Assembly (NCBI GenBank): GCA_947589515.1
Contig: CANQBE010000002.1
Span: forward strand, 114-64,113
Direction: 5' to 3'
Source: an uncultured Bacilli bacterium
Lineage (GTDB): Bacteria > Bacillota_I > Bacilli_A > RF39 > UBA660
Length of the DNA: 64,000 bases
Shown: in pieces, positions 51,419 through 62,200 of the stretch
Layout of the letters: each line of letters opens with the position of its first letter
Position numbering within the stretch: the stretch's first letter is position 1
Translations under genes and position numbers: made by a program
The notes under the pieces: model-generated
Databases searched by the model: none
What the model was told of the DNA's origin: nothing
The model's input: only the letters and a program-made list of their open reading frames with translations

Positions 51419-54100
51419 CTATCCAATCGGAATCGTTACAAAATAAGAAATAATAAAACAAATGGTAAGTCCAATATAGACAAATAAAATAATTCCTAAA
51501 TAAACAATCAAATAGAAATAATAAGCAATATTTTGTAACCAGGTAACTTCTAATAAATGGAAATAACAGTTACTTTTCAAAAGTATGACAGTGAAAATAA
51601 GTCCAATGATACTAATAAAAACGCAAGGAACAAATCCCGTTGGTAAATAAGATAATTGAATATCATTTTCTCCATCTTCTAATGGAATACCAATATAATT
51701 TTCATATAAAGTAATAATATCTACCTGTTTTCCATTATTAGTAGCAGTATAACCTTTATTATAACTAATTGGCAAGAATAAAATTTTTCCTTTCATACCA
51801 TTTACTTTAGCCGTTACGATGTTTCGATCATAAGAAATATTAGTATTAAGATACTGAGTATCCATAAATTCTTCATACTTGTGATTATCCATAATTCCCA
51901 AAGTAACATGATCTAAATCCATACTTTTGTGAAATTGAATCTTAATATTAACGGTTTCATTTTCAAATGTACCTAAACACAAAGAGCCATTATCATTTTC
52001 ACTAAATGCCTTCTGTTTATATAAATGATCGTTAATATAAACATTAAAATTTTCAAATAATAATAAATTTTTATTATTGATTAAAGAACGTAATATTTCT
52101 AAATATAAAGTTTTCTTCCCTACAACTTGAATTTCTTTTTCTAAATAATTATTAGCATCCACATCGATAATTTGGTAAAATGTATTATCGCCCTTCTTCG
52201 CCATTTCAATATTATTGGTATCAAATGTATCCATTATTTCAAAAATAGACTCAGAAGAACCTGTAATATTTTGATAAAAGGAATTCGCAATTTCAAAAGA
52301 ATTTTCTTTATCAAAAATAGTATCATTATGAGTAAGTAAGTAACCATAAGATGGTGTTTTTTTCAAAGTATAAAAATTTAAATCTTGATATTTTTTCGTA
52401 AATTCATAATACTCACTATTCACATTTTCTCTAGTAATCAAATATTTATTGGCTAGAATACTATCAAGAAATAAATTACCACCTTTAGAGAATGTTTTTA
52501 CCCACATAGAAGAATATCCCATTTGTTTTAAACTTAGAAGATTATTGCGATCCGTTAAAGAAGTAAAATGATCTAACGTATGATATTTCATAACCATTCC
52601 ACTATTCATAATCATATTGGTAGCTTCATTTTTAACACGATAATAATCTCCTTCCGAATAATCTTTAGAAATATCCGCTAACTCTTGATATTCACTCATT
52701 AATATTTGCTGTTCCTGATCCATTCCTAAATAGATACAAGTATTTGTAAGGATATGAGTAAAAGTAATGATACTGATTAAAATCAAAGAGAAATTCGTCA
52801 TTTTTCGATTCAGTAAAAGAATACAAAGGCATCCAAAAATAGCTAAAATGGTGGTGAGTAATAAAATGAATAATAATTTATGATTAACAGAAATGGATAA
52901 TGTCTCAATTGCTACTTGAAAATCATGGTAATAATGTTTCATAATCATAACAATACTAATAGATACGATCATAGTAATGAGAATCGAAACAATTTGCCTA
53001 CTCTTTCTTTTTTCTTTTGGAACCATTTGAGATTGATTCTGATTAAAGTAATAACAACTACCTATCATCAATAAAAGCATAGTAATAAAACCAGCACGAT
53101 ATGGAAAAAAGGCATAAGAACCAAAGTGCCATATCTTATGAATAGGTTCAATAAAAATAGGAATTAACATAAGAAATAAAACAGGAATATAAAAACTTAA
53201 AAATTTCTGATGTTTTTTCCATGATTTTAGTAAAAAAAGGATACCAGCATATACAATGCCACCAAATAATAGCATAGATACCTTATCCGTAATAGGACCT
53301 GTTTTAGAATTTAATAATATCTTCCAATCTGATCCTACTCTAGAAGAAATAGAAATTTGCAAGTAAGCCGGCACCACAATAAAAGCAGAACATATTAAAG
53401 CAAGAATCGTAGAAATTCCTAGTGATAAAATAGCTTTTTTCCGTAATGTTGGATCATCTTGATAAACTAATAGATAAATAAAAGCTACTAAAAAGATAAA
53501 AATAATTACCATCATGGATACATAAAAACTAAATATCAAACTTAAAAATAACGTAATGATATAAAAGGTTGGTTTTTCTAAATCCAATACTTTTTTGAGT
53601 CCAATCATAATAAGTGGAAATAAATACATAGCATCAATCCAAGGCGTAATTTGATACATAATTAAACTATAGCCAGAAAAAGCATAAATAATAGATAAAA
53701 GAATACTTAATAAAAAAGGTATTTTTTTGAAATAGGTATGAATAAAGTATAAACAAGTAAGAGAAGCAGTTAAAATTTTAAGAGCAATAATAACAGATAC
53801 TACTAAATAAATATCTTCTCTTGGTACAAATAATACTAATAAACTAAAAGGGCTTAAAATATAATAAGCTAGAATTCCTAAAAAGTTAATACCACTACTA
53901 GTAGAAAAATCAATCAATAAAGATTTATTTTGATAAAAGCAATCATAAAAATGATAGTAAAAAGCCGTAATCTGATCGTGCATATCACCCCAAATTAAAG
54001 AGTGATTGCCAAAGGGGTAAATTCCTTTAATAAGAAACACAAATGTTAGTATCCCAAGAACCAACAAACTAGTTATGAAATATGGTTTTATTCTTTTCAT
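51419..54100 (-). CDS. YfhO-family polytopic membrane protein (second paralog)
   Basis: 893 aa with many N-terminal TM helices, a large extracytoplasmic domain and a C-terminal TM, the same architecture as 30424-32964. Confidence 0.7.
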   Translation of the reverse strand: MKRIKPYFITSLLVLGILTFVFLIKGIYPFGNHSLIWGDMHDQITAFYYHFYDCFYQNKSLLIDFSTSSGINFLGILAYYILSPFSLLVLFVPREDIYLVVSVIIALKILTASLTCLYFIHTYFKKIPFLLSILLSIIYAFSGYSLIMYQITPWIDAMYLFPLIMIGLKKVLDLEKPTFYIITLFLSLIFSFYVSMMVIIFIFLVAFIYLLVYQDDPTLRKKAILSLGISTILALICSAFIVVPAYLQISISSRVGSDWKILLNSKTGPITDKVSMLLFGGIVYAGILFLLKSWKKHQKFLSFYIPVLFLMLIPIFIEPIHKIWHFGSYAFFPYRAGFITMLLLMIGSCYYFNQNQSQMVPKEKRKSRQIVSILITMIVSISIVMIMKHYYHDFQVAIETLSISVNHKLLFILLLTTILAIFGCLCILLLNRKMTNFSLILISIITFTHILTNTCIYLGMDQEQQILMSEYQELADISKDYSEGDYYRVKNEATNMIMNSGMVMKYHTLDHFTSLTDRNNLLSLKQMGYSSMWVKTFSKGGNLFLDSILANKYLITRENVNSEYYEFTKKYQDLNFYTLKKTPSYGYLLTHNDTIFDKENSFEIANSFYQNITGSSESIFEIMDTFDTNNIEMAKKGDNTFYQIIDVDANNYLEKEIQVVGKKTLYLEILRSLINNKNLLLFENFNVYINDHLYKQKAFSENDNGSLCLGTFENETVNIKIQFHKSMDLDHVTLGIMDNHKYEEFMDTQYLNTNISYDRNIVTAKVNGMKGKILFLPISYNKGYTATNNGKQVDIITLYENYIGIPLEDGENDIQLSYLPTGFVPCVFISIIGLIFTVILLKSNCYFHLLEVTWLQNIAYYFYLIVYLGIILFVYIGLTICFIISYFVTIPIG

Positions 54101-54110
54101 GATAATACCT

Positions 54111-54848
54111 CTATCCTATTTTGGCTAAATTTTTAAGAAAGTTTCTACTTTTTAAATAAAGCCCTGAATACTGATCATAGTATTCTGTAATAAATTCTAT
54201 TAATTCTTTTTTGATTTCTGGCTTAATATCAATTTTAGAAATCTGTGATATATCGACATAAATAAACATGCGGAGTAATTGAATTGTTTTCCTGTTATAT
54301 ATTTTACCATCATGATAGCAGTTTTGGCAAATATAACCACCATCAGTAGTAGAAATCGTAATAATATTCTTCGTATTGCCACAAATAGCGCATCCGTCAA
54401 TCATAGGTCGAATTCCCAAATAGTCTAGCATTTTTAACTCATAAATGCAAGTTAGAATCTCACTATCAAAACCCTGATTGATTTTTAAAATAGTAGCAAT
54501 TAATAAATCATAGATACTAGATTCCATCGAATGTTTATAGACTTGCTCCGTTAATTCTAATAAATAAGATGCATACGAAATACTATCAATATTACGAAAA
54601 ACATTTCGTAAAGTATCTTTACAATCTGCACTAATTAAAGTAGAAATGCCATTTTCTTTATAATAAATACAAAAATCAGCATAAGTCATTTTACTACTAA
54701 TACCTCTTAATTTACTTTTCAGATTACGGCATCCCTTAGACATAATGCTAATTAATCCATAATCTTTAGTAAAAACCCTTAATATTTTACTAGATTCACT
54801 ATAATTAGTTTCCCCTAGCACGATCCCTTCTGTTTTTACGATTTCCAT
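54111..54848 (-). CDS. recO: DNA repair protein RecO
   Basis: OB-fold N-terminus (GIVLGETNYSESSKIL), a Cys4 zinc motif (CAICG...CQNCY), and the conserved era-recO position. Confidence 0.85.
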   Translation of the reverse strand: MEIVKTEGIVLGETNYSESSKILRVFTKDYGLISIMSKGCRNLKSKLRGISSKMTYADFCIYYKENGISTLISADCKDTLRNVFRNIDSISYASYLLELTEQVYKHSMESSIYDLLIATILKINQGFDSEILTCIYELKMLDYLGIRPMIDGCAICGNTKNIITISTTDGGYICQNCYHDGKIYNRKTIQLLRMFIYVDISQISKIDIKPEIKKELIEFITEYYDQYSGLYLKSRNFLKNLAKIG

Positions 54849-54989
54849 AATTTTTACTTCTTTCTATTTTTCCTAGCAAATTATAATATTTGATATCTCC
54901 TGTTTCTTTAAATAAATCCCACAATATTTTTTTCATGTTATCACCTATTAACATAGTGAGAAAATTTTATTTTTTTTATACAAAAATTT

Positions 54990-55877
54990 TTAGTCTTCCG
55001 AATCATCAATGCCAAGTTCTTTTAAATACTTTTCTTGATCCCGCCAATTTTCAATGACTTTGACAAATAAATCTAAATAAACTTTTTTACTAAAATATTC
55101 TTCTAAATCAAGTCTAGCATCAGTTCCAATACTTTTTAACATACTAGCATTTTTTCCTACAATGATTTTTTTAATAGATTCTCGATCTACAATAATAGTT
55201 GCCTGAATGATTACTTTATCTTTCTGTTCAATCTTTTTTTCTACGACACAAGTAACAGAATGAGGTACTTCTTGTCGTGTTTTACGTAGAACCTTTTCAC
55301 GAATAATTTCACTAATATAAAAATTAGTAGAGATATTAGTAAAGGTATCATCTTCAAAAATCTTACCATCATTTGGTAAATAGTTTTTGATAGTAGTAAT
55401 CAAGGCATCTACATTATCATTTTTTAAAGCGGAAATAGGAAAAATTTCTTGAAAATCATATAAATCTTTATATTTCATAATCATTTCTAATAATTTTTCT
55501 TTTGGAATTCGATCTACCTTATTTAAAACTAAAATAATAGGTAATTTTTCTTCTTGAATTCGATCTAAAATAAACAGATCACCTTTTCCAATTCCTGTTT
55601 CTACGTCAACTAAAAACAAAATTAAATCGACATTCTCCATGGTAGAATAAGCTTTTCTATTTAAAATATTACCCAATTTATGAATTGGTTTATGAATACC
55701 AGGAGTATCTACAAAAATAATTTGACTATTTTCATCTTCATAAACCCCTTGAATAATATTTCTAGTAGTTCCCGCTTTATCAGAAGTAATGGCTAATTTC
55801 GTTTCTAAAATTGTATTTAATAAAGTACTTTTACCAACATTAGGTCTACCTACAATACTTACAAAACCACTTTTCAT
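54990..55877 (-). CDS. era: GTPase Era
   Basis: G1 GRPNVGKST, G3 DTPG, G4 NKVD and a C-terminal KH domain; 295 aa. Confidence 0.93.
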   Translation of the reverse strand: MKSGFVSIVGRPNVGKSTLLNTILETKLAITSDKAGTTRNIIQGVYEDENSQIIFVDTPGIHKPIHKLGNILNRKAYSTMENVDLILFLVDVETGIGKGDLFILDRIQEEKLPIILVLNKVDRIPKEKLLEMIMKYKDLYDFQEIFPISALKNDNVDALITTIKNYLPNDGKIFEDDTFTNISTNFYISEIIREKVLRKTRQEVPHSVTCVVEKKIEQKDKVIIQATIIVDRESIKKIIVGKNASMLKSIGTDARLDLEEYFSKKVYLDLFVKVIENWRDQEKYLKELGIDDSED

Positions 55878-56275
55878 TTTAAACTATCCTCTCCAAAAGC
55901 ATCTTGGCATAAATCCTTTAAGTAATAAGTCTTACTTTCTCCTAAAGTATTATAACTAATAATTTCAAAATCTAAATCACAATAATCACTTAAAGCTTGT
56001 CTACAAATAAAGCATGGAGTAATGATATTTTCTGTTTGATTTAAAAGAAATATTCTTTTAAAATCTTTTTTTTGATATCCATCTGCAATGGCTGAGAAAA
56101 TAGCACATCTTTCTGCACAAATTCCAGCTTGTGGTGAACTGGTTTCGATATTCACCCCTGGATAAAGTTTACCATCACTACACTCTAAAATAGCAGCAAC
56201 AGGATAATGATAATATTTACTACTAGAATTTTGAATGAGTTCCTTTAATCTTTGAAATATTTTATTTTCTTCCAT
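55874..56275 (-). CDS. cdd: cytidine deaminase
   Basis: CAERCAI and PCFICRQ zinc-binding motifs; 133 aa. Confidence 0.85.
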   Translation of the reverse strand: MEENKIFQRLKELIQNSSSKYYHYPVAAILECSDGKLYPGVNIETSSPQAGICAERCAIFSAIADGYQKKDFKRIFLLNQTENIITPCFICRQALSDYCDLDFEIISYNTLGESKTYYLKDLCQDAFGEDSLK

Positions 56276-56301
56276 ACTATTGTTCCTTTCTATCCATATG
56301 A

Positions 56302-56697
56302 CTAAAATAAAGAAATAATCTTAGGAATAAAAATAATTCCTGCTACAAATAAAGACATAATAGATAATACCAAACTAGCACCACTAGCACAATCTTTTGC
56401 AACCTTAGCTAATTCATTTTCTTTGGTAGTTATCAAATCAACAGCTGCCTCTATACTACTATTAATCATCTCACAAGCAATAACACTTCCAATACAAATC
56501 ACTACTACAGCTAATTCTAATTTGGAAATCTTTAATATAAAACTAACTACCAAGGTAACAATGGTAGCAATCATCATGATTAAAAAATTATGCTCTTTTT
56601 CTACTGCATAAGTAAGTCCATCAACAGCATGTTTAAAACTTTTAGCATATCTAACTAACATATTTCCCGTATCTTTTCTTCTTTTTCCTTTTTTCAT
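56302..56697 (-). CDS. dgkA: diacylglycerol kinase / undecaprenol kinase (DgkA family)
   Basis: Small three-TM protein with the DgkA motif AKDCASGASLV. The start may be the internal MKKGKR (ORF track to 56727). Confidence 0.75.
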   Translation of the reverse strand: MKKGKRRKDTGNMLVRYAKSFKHAVDGLTYAVEKEHNFLIMMIATIVTLVVSFILKISKLELAVVVICIGSVIACEMINSSIEAAVDLITTKENELAKVAKDCASGASLVLSIMSLFVAGIIFIPKIISLF

Positions 56698-56698
56698 A

Positions 56699-57151
56699 CT
56701 ACTTCTCTCTCCTAACACCAAATTCATTTAAAATATCTTCCTGTTTTTGAAACATGATTTTTTCATCTTCTTCTGTCATATGATCATATCCTAGCAAATG
56801 CAGTAATCCATGAATCGTTAAAAAGGATAATTCTCTTAAGAAAGAATGACCATATTCTTTAGCCTGTTCTTCGGCCTTTTCAATGCAAATATAAATATCT
56901 CCTAACAATCGATGATCTAATTCAATGGTCTTACAATCTTCTAAAGCAAAACTAATTACATCCGTTACTCGATCTACATGACGATAAGTTCTATTGATTT
57001 CATGAATCGTATTGCTATCAACAAAAATTACATTAAATTCAACATTTTCTAATTTTTCTCGTTTTAAAGTAAATTCTAATAATTCATATATTTTTTTAAT
57101 TTCTAAAGATAGATTTTTATCTGTCTCATTAAATATCTCATATTGATTCAT
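56699..57151 (-). CDS. ybeY: rRNA maturation endoribonuclease YbeY
   Basis: H..HGxLHLxGYDH zinc motif ([11 protein letters not shown]); about 150 aa. Confidence 0.85.
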   Translation of the reverse strand: MNQYEIFNETDKNLSLEIKKIYELLEFTLKREKLENVEFNVIFVDSNTIHEINRTYRHVDRVTDVISFALEDCKTIELDHRLLGDIYICIEKAEEQAKEYGHSFLRELSFLTIHGLLHLLGYDHMTEEDEKIMFQKQEDILNEFGVRREK

Positions 57152-57774
57152 CCTAACACCACCCAAATATATCCTATAAATAAACTAACTAACAAAATCG
57201 ATAAAATATTTAAAAACCATGTACTTTTAAATATTCTGGGTAAGGAATCTCCTACATGATCAATCATTCGATAAATCCCATATCCAATCCATCCACCAAT
57301 TACATTTAAGATAATATCATCGATATCAAAAACTCTTCCAATCATTAATTGTGTAGTCTCCACCGTAACCGATGCAAATAATATTAAACTAAGAGCATGA
57401 AATGGCTTGTCCAGTTTGGCAAATAAAGAGGCAAAAATACCATAAGGAATAAACAATACAATATTTCCAATAACATTCTTGATAAACAAACGACTACCAA
57501 ACTGATACCTAGTAATTTCTCGAAAAGGAACTAAATTATTTCCAGCAATATAAAGAGTTTGATCTTCGAAAGTCACAATTTGAAATAGGCATAAAATATA
57601 AATAAGAAATAATAACATAAAAATTTCTCGATACAATATAAAAGGTTTCTTATTTTTAATAATATCGGTTATACGAATGGAAGATAATGTTAAAATCGAT
57701 ATTAAAATCATAGGCCAAGTAAACTCCATAACCCCTCTAATTGTATGGTCTAATGGCGTAATCAAATGTATCAC
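57148..57774 (-). CDS. VanZ-family membrane protein
   Basis: [14 protein letters not shown] and [27 protein letters not shown] match VanZ-family conserved motifs; 4-5 TM helices. Confidence 0.65.
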   Translation of the reverse strand: MIHLITPLDHTIRGVMEFTWPMILISILTLSSIRITDIIKNKKPFILYREIFMLLFLIYILCLFQIVTFEDQTLYIAGNNLVPFREITRYQFGSRLFIKNVIGNIVLFIPYGIFASLFAKLDKPFHALSLILFASVTVETTQLMIGRVFDIDDIILNVIGGWIGYGIYRMIDHVGDSLPRIFKSTWFLNILSILLVSLFIGYIWVVLG

Positions 57775-58943
57775 CTAGTTTCTTTTTCTAATTCCTTAGG
57801 AACTTCCTCTATAATAATATCTTGATATTCGGTAATATTTTCACTCACTTTATAAAATATCACTACTTCTATTTTACTATCTTCTTCGGTGATTTTCAAA
57901 TTTTTTTCATATAATATTTCAATATTATCACCAAGTTTTTCTTTTAAGCGACTTCTAGCAATACTAGATGCCTCTATCATAGCATTATCTTTGGTATAAA
58001 CTTTGTCAACAACATGAACTTCCTGTTCGGTAGCAATGGATAAAGAAATGGGTAAAATAGGATTCTGAAATCGATATAAATACTCTAATTGACTATTTAG
58101 ATACTTTTGAAAATCAAATAAATGAATTTGTTTATGAAGCCATTCAATTGCTACAATTTTTTGAGAGCGATTAGTTTTAGTTTCTTCTTTATAATGGTAT
58201 GGTAAAGAAACTGTAACCGTATACCAAGTTTCAGCAATGACTTCTCCTTCTGCTTTCACATACCCTACAATTTCTTCTTTGTTATGAATGGTACCTCCAA
58301 TTAAAATATCTCCCTTTTTCACATACTGATCTTTTTTTGCTACAATTTCACCACTTGCCGAAGTAATAGTTCGAATCAAGCCATTTTTTTTAGCAACAAT
58401 ATTCTTAGGGGTTGTATCCTGTTGTCCATGATTTTTCTTTCGTTCTTCCACTTTTACTTCATATTTCGTTCCTTGCCTTTCAATTTCTAACCATTCTATT
58501 TTGTCTTTATATTTTTTTAAAATTAGATCCTTAATTTCTTCTTTTTTATCAAAAGACACTACAAAATGATATTTCTGAATTCCTTGTTTTTCCAATTCTT
58601 CTAACAATAAATCTCGAATTTGTTTATCACTATGGACCACTTCTACATCAAAAATAACATTGGTAAATCCTAAGAATAAGAAAAAACCAAAGAAAAGTAC
58701 AAGAAAGAATAACTGATACTTTTTTAGAAAACTTTTCAAATAAGCGATTCCATATAACTTGACTACTTCAATTTCATAAATTGTCTTAATATCTAAAATT
58801 TTTCTATAATCTTCCTCACTAACTTTAATCAATACACTATTTTTTTCAAATTCTATGTTCAAAAACTCAATATGCATTTTATATAAATTATGGATAAATC
58901 GTTTGACATCTTTTCCTGTAATTCGAATATCGTAAAAACTCAT
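57771..58943 (-). CDS. yqfD: sporulation protein YqfD-like
   Basis: About 390 aa with an N-terminal TM. It sits between a yqfC-like gene and the ybeY/dgkA/cdd/era/recO block, as in the Bacillus yqfC-yqfD locus. Assignment by context and size. Confidence 0.55.
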   Translation of the reverse strand: MSFYDIRITGKDVKRFIHNLYKMHIEFLNIEFEKNSVLIKVSEEDYRKILDIKTIYEIEVVKLYGIAYLKSFLKKYQLFFLVLFFGFFLFLGFTNVIFDVEVVHSDKQIRDLLLEELEKQGIQKYHFVVSFDKKEEIKDLILKKYKDKIEWLEIERQGTKYEVKVEERKKNHGQQDTTPKNIVAKKNGLIRTITSASGEIVAKKDQYVKKGDILIGGTIHNKEEIVGYVKAEGEVIAETWYTVTVSLPYHYKEETKTNRSQKIVAIEWLHKQIHLFDFQKYLNSQLEYLYRFQNPILPISLSIATEQEVHVVDKVYTKDNAMIEASSIARSRLKEKLGDNIEILYEKNLKITEEDSKIEVVIFYKVSENITEYQDIIIEEVPKELEKETR

Positions 58944-58948
58944 AGTAC

Positions 58949-59182
58949 CTAATTCCTAAACTCAATCGTCGTAAATTTTCCAACAATCATAATTTCATTA
59001 TCCAATAATTTTTTAACTCGCAAATTATCTCCAACTACTATAATGGTTTGATTTTTAGCGGTTAATGATATTTTAGAATCTTCCATATAGTTTATTTTTT
59101 CATAGTTAATAATATTTAATTGATTATTGATGTATATAATTTGAAAATCAGTATCATTAATATAACGCATCACATTGAACAT
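58949..59182 (-). CDS. yqfC: sporulation protein YqfC-like (77 aa)
   Basis: Small protein immediately upstream of and co-directional with the yqfD-like gene. Assignment by context and size. Confidence 0.55.
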   Translation of the reverse strand: MFNVMRYINDTDFQIIYINNQLNIINYEKINYMEDSKISLTAKNQTIIVVGDNLRVKKLLDNEIMIVGKFTTIEFRN

Positions 59183-59217
59183 AGTCTCACCTTATTTACA
59201 CTATCTAATTAAATGTA

Positions 59218-59246
59218 TGAAAAAAAAGACTTTATTATTAGTCTTT
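59218..59246 (-). terminator. rho-independent terminator after the 1208-aa gene (AAGACT-8 nt-AGTCTT with a T-run on the minus strand)
   Basis: Hairpin plus a T9 run directly downstream of the stop at 59262. Confidence 0.55.
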
Positions 59247-59261
59247 TTCATTTGATATCAT

Positions 59262-62200
59262 TTACTTTTTTAATTTCTTTTGAGAAGTAGAATCGGAAGA
59301 ACCGTTTTCCAATGGTGATTTTTCCGTTAAATTGAAATCTACATCAAGAGAAATTTGATCTGTTGCTAAAGTCTCTACCCTATTTTGAATATTTTGTGCT
59401 TGATTAACTTCATTTAAATAATGTTTAATGTCACCATTTAATATGGCTAAAGTATCTGATGAAATTAGATGATTTTGTAATTGTTGCATTTGTACTAAGG
59501 CACCACTCAGATTTCTAGATAATAAAGTTTGAAAAAGTGACATCACATTTTTAGTAAGTTCCATTCCTTGTCCTTCAGTAATTCTACCTTGGCTAATAGC
59601 AAGTTCAGAACCAATTAAAGGCATTAAATCATCTCTAGCCATTTCTAAGGCATTAATGGTAATAAAGTGATTAACAATGGTTTGATTAATAGATAATAAC
59701 TCTTGTCTCATCAGTTGATTAGTAGTTGCAAAACGATTAACTTTATTATGAATCATTTGTAATTGTGAATTAGTAACTAAAAATTCAGAATATTGGTTAT
59801 CTTGTTCCGGATCAATATTTTGAAGTTTTTCTTGGATTTTCTTTTCAGCCTCTTGTGCAATTAAAAAGTGAGTATTATTCTTTTGACGATAAATTTCAAT
59901 ATATTTACGAATATTATCATATCCAACTATTTCTTTAGACAGAGTTTCAATATTCTGTTCAATCGTTTGTTGTATCTTTTTAATCTTCTCAGAATCAAAA
60001 ACCATTTGCGATTCTTGATTTTCCTGAGTATGAAAGATTTTAGACCAAAAACTTTTTTTCGAATCTTCCAAACTTTCTATCGAATAAGCATTTTCAATCA
60101 TGTGATTCATTTCTTGAATCGCAGAATCATGTGTATCACTTAATACTAATTTGGGAAGTTCATTGTGAATATAATTTGAATGTATTACTAAAGAATTACC
60201 AAAATTTAAAATGTTAGTAATATCAGATAAATCAATATGACTTACTTGTTCATTTGATAATAATTGAATGCGTTGATCAATAGATAAAATTTGTTCATAT
60301 GGTTTATCATTTTCTACTTCTAACTGCAAAATATCGTAGCGAATATCAAGATTCGTACAAATTTTTTCTAAAATTTGACTATGATTCGTAGAGGAATCAA
60401 ATATTTTCTTAGTCAAATATGGAATAGTAACATTCTTTGGTTCTAATAATCTAGAATCTTCTACAAAATATTTTTGATAATTTGTTTCAAAAATATCATA
60501 ATCGAGAAATTCCCTCGCAACATTATCTAACAAATCAAGTCTTAATCCGCATTGGTGTAAAATTTTTTCTGTCGTTAACCCTCTTTGTTCAAAAAACTGC
60601 CAGCTAGATGCATTTTGGATTCGTAATGCTAATAGGAAAGATAATCTTTCAATATCATCATCTGTTTGAATCAGTGTTTGTTGAATCTTTCCACTTTCTA
60701 ATTCTCTTTTTATCATATAGTGTATTCTTAAAACCATAAAAATATAATCACTAACTATAGAATTATATTTTAAAATACTTTGTTTAATGGCCTCAAGTCG
60801 ATCATTTTCTCTTTTCGTATTTTGCCATTTTTCATATAGAGAATCGAAATCTTCAAATTCTTCATAAGAATGATGAAATTTATTTAAAAACTTAGCAATA
60901 GAAATACTATTATTTAATTCTTGATTAAAAATATTACTAGCAATAGCTTTAATCGTTAACTCTTTCCTTGATTTATTTTGATTTTTTCCACCAAAAATAT
61001 ACATTCCATATTGATTAGATAACAAATCAACGTCAATTTCGTATTGATTAAAATGAAGAGGATATGTCTTGATCTTGTTACTAAGATATGAATAGATTTT
61101 ACTACTATCAAATTCTAAAGAACGGAAAAATAAAGAAATATTATCTTCCTGTAAATAGAGAATACCTAATAATAAGGAGTAGACTTTGATATCCTTCTGA
61201 TTGATATTGATATCCTTACAGCATAATAATGCCTGATGAACTTTAGAAACATTTTCTAAGTAATTAATAGTTTCTCTTGGCATATCTTGAAACAATTTTT
61301 GTTGAACTTTTTCTTTTCTACTTAGTTCTTTTTGAATAAATACTTCCTTTAACTGATGATAAAAATCAATATCTAAATTCATTTTTTCCGTAATAGATTC
61401 AAAAACATTTTCCATAATCATACTTTGATTAAAATCACGGTTACATAAATTCATAACAATATCATTTATCGTAATATTAGTTTTACTTTGATTAATTCCC
61501 TCATATACAAATCTGTGAAAGCGTTCTACTAAAATTTTTTGATTTAATTGAACTTTTTCAATTTCTTCTTTAGAAATAGAAATATTTAAAAGTTCTAATA
61601 CTTTTTGTAGTGTCACACCATACATTTGAAAGAAACGATCAACATCACCATGAAAATAGCAATTAGCAATATATAAAGCTAAGGTATCTGCATCATCTTC
61701 ACCAGATAAAAGTTCTTTATTATGAGTATTTGTTTTCATTTTTTCTAATAACAATTGATAAGTTTTCGCAGTAAATTCTATAAAAACTCTAGTATCATGT
61801 GATAAATTTTTATAAAAAGAATGAATAAAATCCATATCCAATTGTTGTTTTTGATTTTTGATTTCTGTTTCTACTTGTTCATGCAAATTACTAAAATATT
61901 GAATAGGAAATCCAAAAGAAGTTAAAATTTTATCAATAGCAAAACTATTGGTATAATTATGATCAAATAATTTTTCTACTATCTCACTAACCATAATGTT
62001 AGATTCATCATTTTTTTGATTCACAAGATCTTGATAATATCGAATTAAATAATCTTGAATCACAAAGATATCTTTTGGTGTGGATTGAATTGCACTTAGA
62101 TTAAACTGAATAGATAATTTGTTCATAATACTAGGTGCGGTTATTTTACGCAATTTGAATAACGATTCAATAATTTGTTTTTCTGTCAAACTATTTTCTG

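Noticed and set aside
54200-54400. 66-aa minus-strand alternative-frame ORF inside recO
   Set aside because: Alternative frame of recO.
54802-54936. 44-aa minus-strand ORF (MKKILWDLFKETGDIKYYNLLGKIERSKNYGNRKNRRDRARGN) in the era-recO spacer, overlapping the recO start in another frame
   Set aside because: It has a possible GGTGA RBS but overlaps the recO initiation region out of frame. Such ORFs are frequent by chance at this AT content. It could still be an upstream leader peptide, so it is left unannotated.
56423-56611. 62-aa plus-strand ORF inside dgkA
   Set aside because: Antisense to dgkA.
59868-60143. 91-aa plus-strand ORF inside the 1208-aa gene
   Set aside because: Antisense; low-complexity Ile/Phe/Asn-rich translation.
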